Assembly (NCBI RefSeq): GCF_000284455.1
Contig: NC_017039.1
Location: 30,001 to 62,000, forward strand
Direction: 5' to 3'
Origin: Synechocystis sp. PCC 6803 substr. PCC-P
GTDB lineage: Bacteria > Cyanobacteriota > Cyanobacteriia > Cyanobacteriales > Microcystaceae
DNA length: 32,000 bases
Made by a program: the position numbers and the translations under genes. The notes beneath the pieces were generated by a model, which saw only the letters and a list, made by a program, of their open reading frames with translations, was not told the DNA's origin and ran no database searches. This document shows, piece after piece, positions 6,721-14,947 of the stretch. Every line of letters begins with the position of its first letter. Within the stretch, counting starts at the first letter, position 1.

Positions 6721-8538
6721 ATGCTCCTTTCGCCCCAGTCTAATCGACAAGTTTTAATGGCTTATCTAAGTCCCCAGTGGGGGCAAGTGCTGGCTTTGGC
6801 GATCGCCTTGGGGGGAAGCATTATCCTACAAGTGCTTAATCCCCAGATTTTGCGCTATTTCATCGACACAGCCATGGCCGGAGGGCCCCAAACCATACTG
6901 GTGTGGCTAGCATTGGGCTTTATGGCGATCGCCGTTGTACGTCAAGGATTGGAAATCGTTGCCACCTATTGCAGTGAAACCGTTGCCTGGACTGCGACCA
7001 ATAATCTCCGCTTGAACCTAGCTCGTCACACCCTCAATCTCGATCTAACTTTTCACAAAAATCATTGCCCCGGGGAACTAGTGGAACGCATTGATGGAGA
7101 CGTGGACGCCCTGGCCCGCTTTTTCTCCCAATTTGTGCTCCAAGTACTGGGCAATGGCTTGCTAGTGGTGGGTGTTCTAGTCGTGTTGTGGTTCGAGCAG
7201 TGGCAGGCGGGATTGGGTTTGACTCTTTTTGCCCTAGTAGCCCTGGGTATTCTCAGCCGGTTGCAATCCTTGGCGGTGGGGCCATGGCAAGTTTACCGTG
7301 GCATCAGTGCTGATTTTTACGGTTTTATCACTGAATATTTAGCCGGATTGGAAGACATTCGGGGCAATGGAGCGGTGGACTATGTCATGAACCGCTTTTA
7401 TACATTGATAAGAAACTGGCTAAGGGCGTTTCATCAAGCACGGTTGCAGAGCACCCTACTATGGGGCAGCACCGTTGGTCTATTCACGGTGGGCAATGCT
7501 ATCGCCCTGGCCTTGGGCGCTTACCTGTGGCGTGTACAGGGTATCACCATTGGTACAGTCTATCTTTTGTTTTACTATGCCAGTCTTCTCCAAGATCCCA
7601 TTGAACGGATACGGGAAGAACTAGAACAGTTTCAACAGGCCGTTGCCAGTCTTTATCGCATTCAAGACCTCATTCGTCAGTCTCCGTCACCCCGATTGGG
7701 CAGATCCCAAGCTTTGCCATCGGGGTCACTTTCCGTCGAAGGAAAAAATGTGTGGTTTAGTTATCCAACCACAGCGAGTTTAAAACCTGGGGACGGCAAC
7801 CACGAATTACCTGAGCACCGCCAAGGTCACCACCACGAAGATGCTGATTACGCTCTGCAGAATTTAACCTGGCATCTACCCGCTGGAAAAGTGCTTGGGT
7901 TGCTGGGGCACACCGGCAGTGGCAAAAGTACATTCGCTCGACTCTTGTTGAATTTTTATGCCATTCAGCAGGGCCAAATTCAGCTTGGCGGCATCAACCT
8001 TGGGGAGATATCTCAGCGGGAGTTACATCAGCGGGTCGGTTTTGTCACCCAAGACGTGCAACTGTTCCAAACTTCCATACGCAATAATCTGACATTTTTT
8101 AATCCCCACATCCCAGACCGATTGATTTTACAAGCCCTGAACGACCTTGGGCTGGAGCCTTGGTTGGCAACATTACCCCAGGGTTTAGATACGGAACTAG
8201 GCACGGATGGGGGAGGATTATCGGCGGGGCAAGCCCAATTGCTAGCTTTTGCCAGGGTATTTCTCAAAGATCCTGGGCTAGTTATCCTCGATGAAGCTTC
8301 GTCACGGCTTGATCCTTTGACAGAACAGTTAATTGAGCGGGCTATCAATCGATTACTAGAGCATCGGACGGGAATTATCATTGCCCATCGCCTCAAGACG
8401 GTGGAACGGGCCGATCAAATTCTGATTCTAGACCGGGGCAAAGTGCTGGAATACGGCGATCGCCCAGCCCTGGCCCACAATCCTGCATCTCGTTTTTCTC
8501 AGTTACTGAGGACTAGCTCTGCGATCAAGTTAACCTAG
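6721..8538 (+). CDS. ABC transporter, fused TMD-NBD half-transporter of exporter (type IV) fold
   Basis: 605 aa. The N-terminal half is a multi-TM ABC_membrane-like region. The NBD has Walker A GHTGSGKST, Q-loop VTQDVQLF, non-canonical signature LSAGQ, Walker B LVILDEAS and H-loop IIIAHR. A His/acidic insertion PGDGNHELPEHRQGHHHEDAD sits at the start of the NBD. Confidence 0.85.
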   Translation: MLLSPQSNRQVLMAYLSPQWGQVLALAIALGGSIILQVLNPQILRYFIDTAMAGGPQTILVWLALGFMAIAVVRQGLEIVATYCSETVAWTATNNLRLNLARHTLNLDLTFHKNHCPGELVERIDGDVDALARFFSQFVLQVLGNGLLVVGVLVVLWFEQWQAGLGLTLFALVALGILSRLQSLAVGPWQVYRGISADFYGFITEYLAGLEDIRGNGAVDYVMNRFYTLIRNWLRAFHQARLQSTLLWGSTVGLFTVGNAIALALGAYLWRVQGITIGTVYLLFYYASLLQDPIERIREELEQFQQAVASLYRIQDLIRQSPSPRLGRSQALPSGSLSVEGKNVWFSYPTTASLKPGDGNHELPEHRQGHHHEDADYALQNLTWHLPAGKVLGLLGHTGSGKSTFARLLLNFYAIQQGQIQLGGINLGEISQRELHQRVGFVTQDVQLFQTSIRNNLTFFNPHIPDRLILQALNDLGLEPWLATLPQGLDTELGTDGGGLSAGQAQLLAFARVFLKDPGLVILDEASSRLDPLTEQLIERAINRLLEHRTGIIIAHRLKTVERADQILILDRGKVLEYGDRPALAHNPASRFSQLLRTSSAIKLT

Positions 8539-8570
8539 CGTGATGGCTTGACGCATCGGCTTCACTACTT

Positions 8571-8589
8571 GAAAATATTTATCATTAAA
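8571..8589. promoter_or_regulatory. Fur-box-like site upstream of pchR
   Basis: GAAAATATTTATCATTAAA matches the Fur consensus at 13/19 positions (hand count), including the ATCATTA core. It lies 55-73 nt upstream of ATG 8644. Confidence 0.35.
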
Positions 8590-8643
8590 ATTTATTGACT
8601 GTCTAGCAAGGATGCTAGGCAGTTTGTCGTTGCATAGGGCATT

Positions 8644-9636
8644 ATGTCGATCTTTTTTTCTCAATCTGATTACTTGGCCATGTTCAGGGAAGGAGGCAAT
8701 CAACAGCAATCTAATGCAGATGGCTCGGATAAATATTGGTATTATCCAACGCATTTAGGGCGTGGATCTATACGGGAGATAAAACTTCGAGAAGGCTTAG
8801 AACTGACGATAGCTAGCTATCAACTCTATCAAAATCTTATTGTTGAAATTCCCGAGCGGGAACACCCATTGGAATATGAATTTACGGTTATTGGAGAACA
8901 CCACCGTCAGTTAACCGGGGCTGATGCAGAAAATTATTTCTTTTCCGGTAGTGGCTTAGCAGATAAAAGTGTGAATGAATATCTGGCGGGATGGCAGGTT
9001 TTAAATGTTAGTTTTCATCTAGAGCCTGATTTATTTCGTACCTGGATAGGCGATCGCCTAGAGCAAGCTGAAACCATTATTCAAGAATTGCTCAAAGACC
9101 TAAACTCAGTTCGCTACACCCACACAGCCACACCTACAGTTAAGATGCAGACGGCATTGCAGCAGATTTTATATTGTCCCTACAGGGGAATTATCCAACA
9201 GATTTATCTAGAAAGTAAAGTCTGGGAACTCATGGCTCTCCACCTTGAGCAGATGCTACAAAATTCCTCTCCCAACTTGACCCAACCAACCCTTAAACCA
9301 GATGATATTGAACGAATTCACCATGCCAGAGAAATTTTATCCCAGTGCCTCTGTAACCCACCTTCCTTAAAAGGATTGGCTCGTCAGGTGGGCTTGAATG
9401 AATTTACTCTTAAACAGGGTTTCCGCCAAGTTTTTGGAACTACCGCATTCGGTTGGTTGCACCATCACCGTATGGAAAGGGTCAAAGAATTACTAGAAAC
9501 GGGCCATTACAACGTCACTGAAGCTGCTCGGGAAGTGGGGTTTTCCAATCGGGGACATTTTGCCGCCTCGTTCCGCAAAAAGTTTGGCGTTAATCCTAAA
9601 GCCTATTCATTGTTTGCCAAACAACCTAAAGACTAA
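8644..9636 (+). CDS. pchR: AraC-family transcriptional regulator, PchR-like
   Basis: The C-terminal double HTH is typical of AraC/XylS (LKGLARQVGLNEFTLKQGFRQVFGTTAFGWLHHHRMERVKELL...VTEAAREVGFSNRGHFAASFRKKFGVNPKAY). The N-terminal ~220 aa is a putative ligand domain. The gene lies immediately upstream of a TonB-dependent receptor. Confidence 0.8.
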   Translation: MSIFFSQSDYLAMFREGGNQQQSNADGSDKYWYYPTHLGRGSIREIKLREGLELTIASYQLYQNLIVEIPEREHPLEYEFTVIGEHHRQLTGADAENYFFSGSGLADKSVNEYLAGWQVLNVSFHLEPDLFRTWIGDRLEQAETIIQELLKDLNSVRYTHTATPTVKMQTALQQILYCPYRGIIQQIYLESKVWELMALHLEQMLQNSSPNLTQPTLKPDDIERIHHAREILSQCLCNPPSLKGLARQVGLNEFTLKQGFRQVFGTTAFGWLHHHRMERVKELLETGHYNVTEAAREVGFSNRGHFAASFRKKFGVNPKAYSLFAKQPKD

Positions 9637-9651
9637 AAAATTCCAATTTAG

Positions 9652-9679
9652 GATCAAAATATTCCCTCCACTGATCAAA
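9652..9679 (+). promoter_or_regulatory. Direct repeat GATCAAA ... GATCAAA with 21-bp phasing upstream of the receptor gene (candidate AraC/PchR site)
   Basis: Heptamers at 9652..9658 and 9673..9679, so the start-to-start spacing is 21 bp (two helical turns). They lie between the pchR stop (9636) and the fhuA start (9817). Confidence 0.3.
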
Positions 9680-9816
9680 GTGATTGCCCGCCGTCCCCGT
9701 CTTACCGGTAAAGTATTTGAGAATTAGTTGCAGTTAAGGTTGTTCCTCCTGTGTTATCAGATGCCATGGCCGGCTGTCTCAACTAAGAATTTCAAGCTTT
9801 GGTGCAAGGAGTGATT

Positions 9817-12363
9817 ATGAATCAAGTACAGTGGTCGGTTTTGTTGATGGGTATAGTTTCGCTACTATGTGCTCCCAGGGCGTGGGCCGAAACTAATCCG
9901 AACCAATTGAACAGGACGAATATTTTAGAATCTGGTAACTTAGAACGCACCAAAGCCGGTGATTTGCTCCCAGTTGCAACCACTGTTGATGAGTGGATAA
10001 CCCAAATTGCCCAAGCTTCGATCATCGAAATCAAGGAAGCCCGGATCAATTTGACCGAAGCTGGACTGGAACTGACCCTGGCTACCACGGGCCGCTTATC
10101 AACACCAACCACTTCCGTAGTGGGCAATGCACTAATTGTAGATATTCCCAATGCCATCCTAGCCTTGCCGGATAGTGACGGACTGCAACAGGAAAACCCC
10201 ACCGAAGAAATTGCCCTAGTGAGCGTTACAGCATTACCTGATAATATTGTTCGCATTGCCATTACCGGGGTCAATGTGCCGCCGACGGTTGAAGTTAATG
10301 CCACAGACCAATCCCTGGTACTGGGGTTAAGTCCAGGGAAAGGGGTGGCAGATGAAGAGGATGGCAATGATGCTATCCAGGTAGTGGTGACCGGTGAACA
10401 GGATGAAGGCTATGCGGTGGACGATGCCACAACGGCGACTCTAACCGATACTCCCTTACGGGACATTCCCCAATCGATTCAAGTGGTACCCCAACAGGTG
10501 TTGGAGGACAGGCAAATAATTCGTGCTTCGGAAGCACTGCAAAATGTCAGTGGTGTGCAGAGAGGAAATACTGTTGGTGGTACATCCGAAATATTTAATA
10601 TTCGCGGTTTTCAACAATTTGGCGGAACTCTCCGGGACGGCTTTAAGTTCAGAGATAATTTTTCTATTCCGGACACGGCAAATCTACAACGGATAGAAGT
10701 CCTCAAAGGGCCGGCTTCCGTACTCTACGGCAATTTAGATCCTGGCGGCGTTATTAATTACATTACCAAACAGCCCCTTTCAGAACCTTTTTATGAAGTT
10801 GCTATGCAGGCAGGTAATTTTGGTCTGGTGCGTCCAACCATTGACTTGTCAGGGCCGTTAAACTCACAACGAACAGCTCTTTATCGATTAAATGCGGCTT
10901 ATGAGGGGGGGGGAAATTTCCGGGACTTTGACACGGAAGTTGCACGCTTTTTCATTTCACCCGTAGTTACCTGGCAAATTAGTGATCAAACAGATTTAAG
11001 ATTCGAGTGGGACTATCTCTATGATCGTCGTCCCTTTGACCGGGGGATTGTGGCCTTTGGTACGGGAATTGCCGATATTCCCTTTGATCGAGTTTTGGGG
11101 GAATTAGACGACTTTGATGCAAGGACAAATTTTTCGGCCGGATATAGATTAGAACATCGTTTCAGCGATAATTGGAAACTCCGCAATCGGTTTCGGTTCT
11201 CCTACCTCGATCAAGCGGCCGAACAAACTGAATTGGTTAGATTAGATGAAACTACAGGTAATCTGAGCAGGCAATTTTCCCGCAATGAACAGCAGATAAG
11301 AAATTACGAACTGCAAACTGATTTGATCGGCAAGTTTTCTACAGGTCCCATCCAACACACCCTATTATTTGGCGTTGATTTATCGTGGCAAAGCGCCCCT
11401 TTTATCTTCCGAGGAGGTGTTGCGGCTCCCACTATTAATATTTTTAACCCCGTTTATGGGACTGTAGCTCGACCTAGTATAAATGACTTTCCAGATGTAT
11501 TCTCTTCTGAGGGGCAAACCAATACGCTGGGGATATTTCTGCAAGATCAAGTGACACTGACCGACAACTTAAAATTACTCATGGGAGGGCGTTTTGACAC
11601 CATTGACCAGAGCTCCTCTTCCAACGGGGAATCTGACGAACGTTACGATCAAGCTTTTAGTCCCCGTTTGGGCATTGTTTATCAACCCATTGAACCAGTG
11701 TCTTTGTATGCCAGCTTTAGTAGATCATTTCAGCCTAATTTTGGGACTAGATTTGATGGCTCGTTGCTCGAACCAGTTTTTGGTACCCAGTACGAAGTGG
11801 GGGTCAGAGGTGAATTCCTCGATGGTAGGTTGATCGCAAATTTAGCAGCATATGAAATCACAGTAAGTAATCTGGCTGTAACAGACCCTGAAAATCCCAA
11901 CTTCTCCATTCCATCCGGAGAGCAAAGAAGTAAGGGGGTTGAATTCGATATCGCGGGGGAAATCCTACCGGGCTGGAATATTATTGCTTCCTATGCTTAT
12001 ACCGATGCCAGGGTCACCAAGGATGACAATCTGGAGCCTGGTAATTTGCTTGAGGGGGTTCCCTTTAACTCGGCCAGTTTGTGGTCAACTTACGAAATTC
12101 AAGCCGGTGATTTACAGGGTTTGGGATTTGGCCTGGGATTGTTTTATGTGGGGGAACGCCAAGGTGATTTAAATAATTCTTTTCAAATACCGAGCTATCT
12201 ACGTACTGATATAAGCGTATTTTACCGCCGCAATAACTGGAGGGCCGCCATTAACGTTAACAATCTTTTCAATATAGATTACATCGAAGCGACCCAACGC
12301 CGGACTCGCGTTGATCCTGCGGCGCCCCTAACGGTAAGGGGAACAATTTCGGTGGAATTTTAA
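9817..12363 (+). CDS. fhuA: TonB-dependent outer-membrane siderophore receptor (FhuA-like)
   Basis: The track ORF starts at TTG 9799. ATG 9817 is preferred because AAGGAG at 9805..9810 is 6 nt upstream. Features in order: signal peptide MNQVQWSVLLMGIVSLLCAPRAWA, AMIN-like domain, TonB-box-like IQVVVTGE, plug (DIPQSIQVVPQQVLEDR, IEVLKGPASVLYG), and a barrel ending in the terminal aromatic TVRGTISVEF. Confidence 0.9.
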   Translation: MNQVQWSVLLMGIVSLLCAPRAWAETNPNQLNRTNILESGNLERTKAGDLLPVATTVDEWITQIAQASIIEIKEARINLTEAGLELTLATTGRLSTPTTSVVGNALIVDIPNAILALPDSDGLQQENPTEEIALVSVTALPDNIVRIAITGVNVPPTVEVNATDQSLVLGLSPGKGVADEEDGNDAIQVVVTGEQDEGYAVDDATTATLTDTPLRDIPQSIQVVPQQVLEDRQIIRASEALQNVSGVQRGNTVGGTSEIFNIRGFQQFGGTLRDGFKFRDNFSIPDTANLQRIEVLKGPASVLYGNLDPGGVINYITKQPLSEPFYEVAMQAGNFGLVRPTIDLSGPLNSQRTALYRLNAAYEGGGNFRDFDTEVARFFISPVVTWQISDQTDLRFEWDYLYDRRPFDRGIVAFGTGIADIPFDRVLGELDDFDARTNFSAGYRLEHRFSDNWKLRNRFRFSYLDQAAEQTELVRLDETTGNLSRQFSRNEQQIRNYELQTDLIGKFSTGPIQHTLLFGVDLSWQSAPFIFRGGVAAPTINIFNPVYGTVARPSINDFPDVFSSEGQTNTLGIFLQDQVTLTDNLKLLMGGRFDTIDQSSSSNGESDERYDQAFSPRLGIVYQPIEPVSLYASFSRSFQPNFGTRFDGSLLEPVFGTQYEVGVRGEFLDGRLIANLAAYEITVSNLAVTDPENPNFSIPSGEQRSKGVEFDIAGEILPGWNIIASYAYTDARVTKDDNLEPGNLLEGVPFNSASLWSTYEIQAGDLQGLGFGLGLFYVGERQGDLNNSFQIPSYLRTDISVFYRRNNWRAAINVNNLFNIDYIEATQRRTRVDPAAPLTVRGTISVEF

Positions 12364-12404
12364 ACTTTTCCGTAATTTTGTCAAAATCAAAACAACATTT
12401 TAGA

Positions 12405-13397
12405 ATGCACAGATCGGGTCGTAGATTTAGACTATTTACACTAACAATCCTGACGATTGTATTTTTTTCTGCCTGTGTTGGTAGCACCTCACAAAATCTG
12501 GATCAATCTACAGAGTTATTGTCCGTAGATTGCAGGATTGTCGAGCATTCCTTGGGAAAAACTTGTGTGCCCCTGGAGCCGCGTCGAGTGGTGGCCCTAG
12601 ATGGTGCCACGGTGGGTAATTTACTAGCCTTGGGGATGATGCCCGCTGGGGTGGCCAGCAATCTTTTACCCGAAATAACCCGTTTAATTCCCAATGTGCC
12701 CCGTTTAGGACAGAGTAGTCAGATCAATTTAGAAACCCTAGCGGTTCTACAGCCTGACTTGATTATCGGGGCCGTCTGGGAAATGAAAGGCATTTATAAC
12801 AAATTATCGGCGATCGCCCCCACTGTTGCCTTTGAGATGCAAACCCCCGCTGACTGGCAACGTCCATTCCGTTTCGATGGTCAGGTACTGGGCTTAGAAA
12901 CCCAAGCGGAAAAGGTGCTGGAGCAGTATCAAATGCGTGTAAATAAGTTGAGGGCCCAAGTTAGTGACTCCCCTCTACAGATTTCCTTGGTACGGATTAG
13001 GGCCGAGTCGGGACAGATGAGTTTATATCTGAAGAATTGCTTCGGCGGGGCCATTTTGGCTGATTTAGGCTTTGCTCGTCCCCCGTCTCAGGATCAAGGA
13101 ACTCCAGACCAACCGCCCTTTGCAAAGTCCATTAGCAGAGAATCGATGACCGAAGCTGATGGAGATGTAATTTTTCTGTTCACTTTTGGTCATACTCCAC
13201 AAATTGCTGCCGCCGCCGAGGCCCAGTTAGAACGCTTGGACACCGACCCCCTCTGGCAGTCCCTTGGGGCGGTGCAGAAAAACCGAGTGTATTCGGTGGG
13301 GCACTATTGGGGGGCTGGTAATAGTCCTCTGGCAGCGGACTGGGTATTGGATGACGTGGAGCAGTATCTGTTGGAGGTTCCTGGCAATGGAGTATAA
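12405..13397 (+). CDS. fecB: Periplasmic iron-siderophore binding lipoprotein (FecB/FhuD-like, cluster A-2 SBP)
   Basis: MHRSGRRFRLFTLTILTIVFFSAC has a basic n-region plus a lipobox-like FSAC. The body has RVVALDGATVGNLLALGMMPAGV and DLIIG motifs typical of Fe3+-siderophore binding proteins. The track ORF begins at TTG 12378, so the start is uncertain. Confidence 0.8.
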   Translation: MHRSGRRFRLFTLTILTIVFFSACVGSTSQNLDQSTELLSVDCRIVEHSLGKTCVPLEPRRVVALDGATVGNLLALGMMPAGVASNLLPEITRLIPNVPRLGQSSQINLETLAVLQPDLIIGAVWEMKGIYNKLSAIAPTVAFEMQTPADWQRPFRFDGQVLGLETQAEKVLEQYQMRVNKLRAQVSDSPLQISLVRIRAESGQMSLYLKNCFGGAILADLGFARPPSQDQGTPDQPPFAKSISRESMTEADGDVIFLFTFGHTPQIAAAAEAQLERLDTDPLWQSLGAVQKNRVYSVGHYWGAGNSPLAADWVLDDVEQYLLEVPGNGV

Positions 13398-13510
13398 AAC
13401 AAAACAGATCAGGTTTTGATTTTGGATCGGGGATAGGGGAGGAAGTATGGCATTCCCCGCTTGCGCTTTGCTCAGTTACTCAAGTTGTCGGTAAAACGAG
13501 GGTTAGTAGA

Positions 13511-14506
13511 TTGACATTACGATTGTTAAAAAACCAATGGCTTTTCTTTGTTTTTGCCCAACTGCTCCTGATGTTAGTGGTGGCCTGTCAAAATCCCTCT
13601 CAACGGGAAGCAGTAAAAAATTCTGAAGATTGCGTCATCGTTAACCAGCCTGAGGATCAAGCCTGTGTCCCAAAAACCATTGATCGTCTCGTTACCTTAG
13701 ATGGAGCCGCCTTTGAATATGCGATCGCCCTTGGCCTGGAGCCGATCGCCACAGTGCCCAGCAATTTTCAGGCCCAACTGCCAGCCCTAATGACCAATGC
13801 TGAAAATATTCAAAATATTGGCAAGGGGGAACAACCCAATTTAGAAGCAATTTTGGGAACAAATCCCGACTTGATTGTGGGGCTAGATTCCCACCAAAGT
13901 ATTTACCCCCAACTTAGCCAGATTGGGCCGACAGTGCTGTTTCCTTTTGAACATAGTGGACAGTGGAAAGAGGTTTTTGCTTCCGTGGGCAATGCTCTCC
14001 ACCGGCAGGCCGCCACCCAGTCAGCCTTGGCCGCCTATCAAGCTCGCTCGACGGATTTTCGCACTCAAATGGGCGATCGCCTTGATAATCTGCAAGTTTC
14101 CGTCATTCGCCTCTATCCCGATGGCATTAACTTATACCTGAAGGACTCATTTGCCGGTACAGTGCTGCAGGATGCGGGTTTAGCTCGTCCCCCTTCCCAG
14201 AATATTAGTGCGGTGGAAGCCCAACAAAAATTTGGCAATCCTATCCAAACCAGAATTAGCCGTGAAGTATTGGAGCAAGCCGACGGAGATGTGATTTTTC
14301 TTTGGACAGGGGAAAACACTCCCCAGGGCAATGAGGAAGCGAAAAAACGACTGCAACAACTACAGCAAGATCCCCTCTGGGGTCAACTGAGGGCCGTAAA
14401 GGCAGGCAAAGTGTACGAAGTACCAAGCTATTGGATTGGCAGTGGACCGATCGCCGCTAATGCCATCCTCGACGACCTATATAAATACCTTCTTGGAGAA
14501 AATTAA
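13511..14506 (+). CDS. fecB: Second FecB/FhuD-like iron-siderophore binding lipoprotein (tandem paralogue)
   Basis: TTG start. Lipoprotein-like LLLMLVVAC. Collinear with the preceding product (DCVIVNQPEDQACVP...RLVTLDGAAFEYAIALGLEP... versus DCRIVEHSLGKTCVP...RVVALDGATVGNLLALGMMP...; both contain GLARPPSQ and ADGDVIFL). Confidence 0.8.
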   Translation: MTLRLLKNQWLFFVFAQLLLMLVVACQNPSQREAVKNSEDCVIVNQPEDQACVPKTIDRLVTLDGAAFEYAIALGLEPIATVPSNFQAQLPALMTNAENIQNIGKGEQPNLEAILGTNPDLIVGLDSHQSIYPQLSQIGPTVLFPFEHSGQWKEVFASVGNALHRQAATQSALAAYQARSTDFRTQMGDRLDNLQVSVIRLYPDGINLYLKDSFAGTVLQDAGLARPPSQNISAVEAQQKFGNPIQTRISREVLEQADGDVIFLWTGENTPQGNEEAKKRLQQLQQDPLWGQLRAVKAGKVYEVPSYWIGSGPIAANAILDDLYKYLLGEN

Positions 14507-14510
14507 CCCC

Positions 14511-14885
14511 ATGGCAAAGCATATTTTAGTGGTTTGTAAGGCTTGTGGTGCTAAGGCAGAAAATGACAATTCTAATTCCCCAACAGACGGTATTTGTTTG
14601 CTAAATAAGCTTCAAGAATTACATCAAAGATGGGTACGCAAAGATGAACTAAAAATTGAGACCACTTCCTGTTTATGTATTTGTGACAGACCCTGTGCGA
14701 TCGCCTATGTGGGCACCCATAAACCCACCTACCTTTTCGGGGATTTAGATCCAATCAATGGCGGTAAAGATCTAATCAGCGCCGCTGAACTTTACCTCGA
14801 CAGCGAAGACGGCATGGTTCCAGCCTACAAACTCCCCGAAGGATTGCGTTCTTGCCGGGTTGCCCGCATTCCCCCTGCCCCCTAG
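14511..14885 (+). CDS. Small Cys-rich metal-binding protein, DUF1636-like (thioredoxin-like ferredoxin fold suspected)
   Basis: ATG at 14511 is in frame with track ORF 14436..14885. GGAGAA lies upstream, and the start is 4 nt after the fecB stop. Sequence MAKHILVVCKACGAK...TSCLCICDRPCAIAY gives a CxxC plus CxCxCxxxC pattern. The family call is from memory, not from a search. Confidence 0.6.
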   Translation: MAKHILVVCKACGAKAENDNSNSPTDGICLLNKLQELHQRWVRKDELKIETTSCLCICDRPCAIAYVGTHKPTYLFGDLDPINGGKDLISAAELYLDSEDGMVPAYKLPEGLRSCRVARIPPAP

Positions 14886-14947
14886 CTGTATTCCCAAGTC
14901 TTTTTACCCACACTTTTTAACCCCTATGTCTTAATTTTTTTGCTTCT

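Noticed and set aside
9822-10367. 181-aa minus-strand ORF antisense to the 5' part of the receptor gene
   Set aside because: It is completely contained within a strongly supported TonB-dependent receptor CDS and has a Ser/Thr/Ala-rich, low-information sequence.
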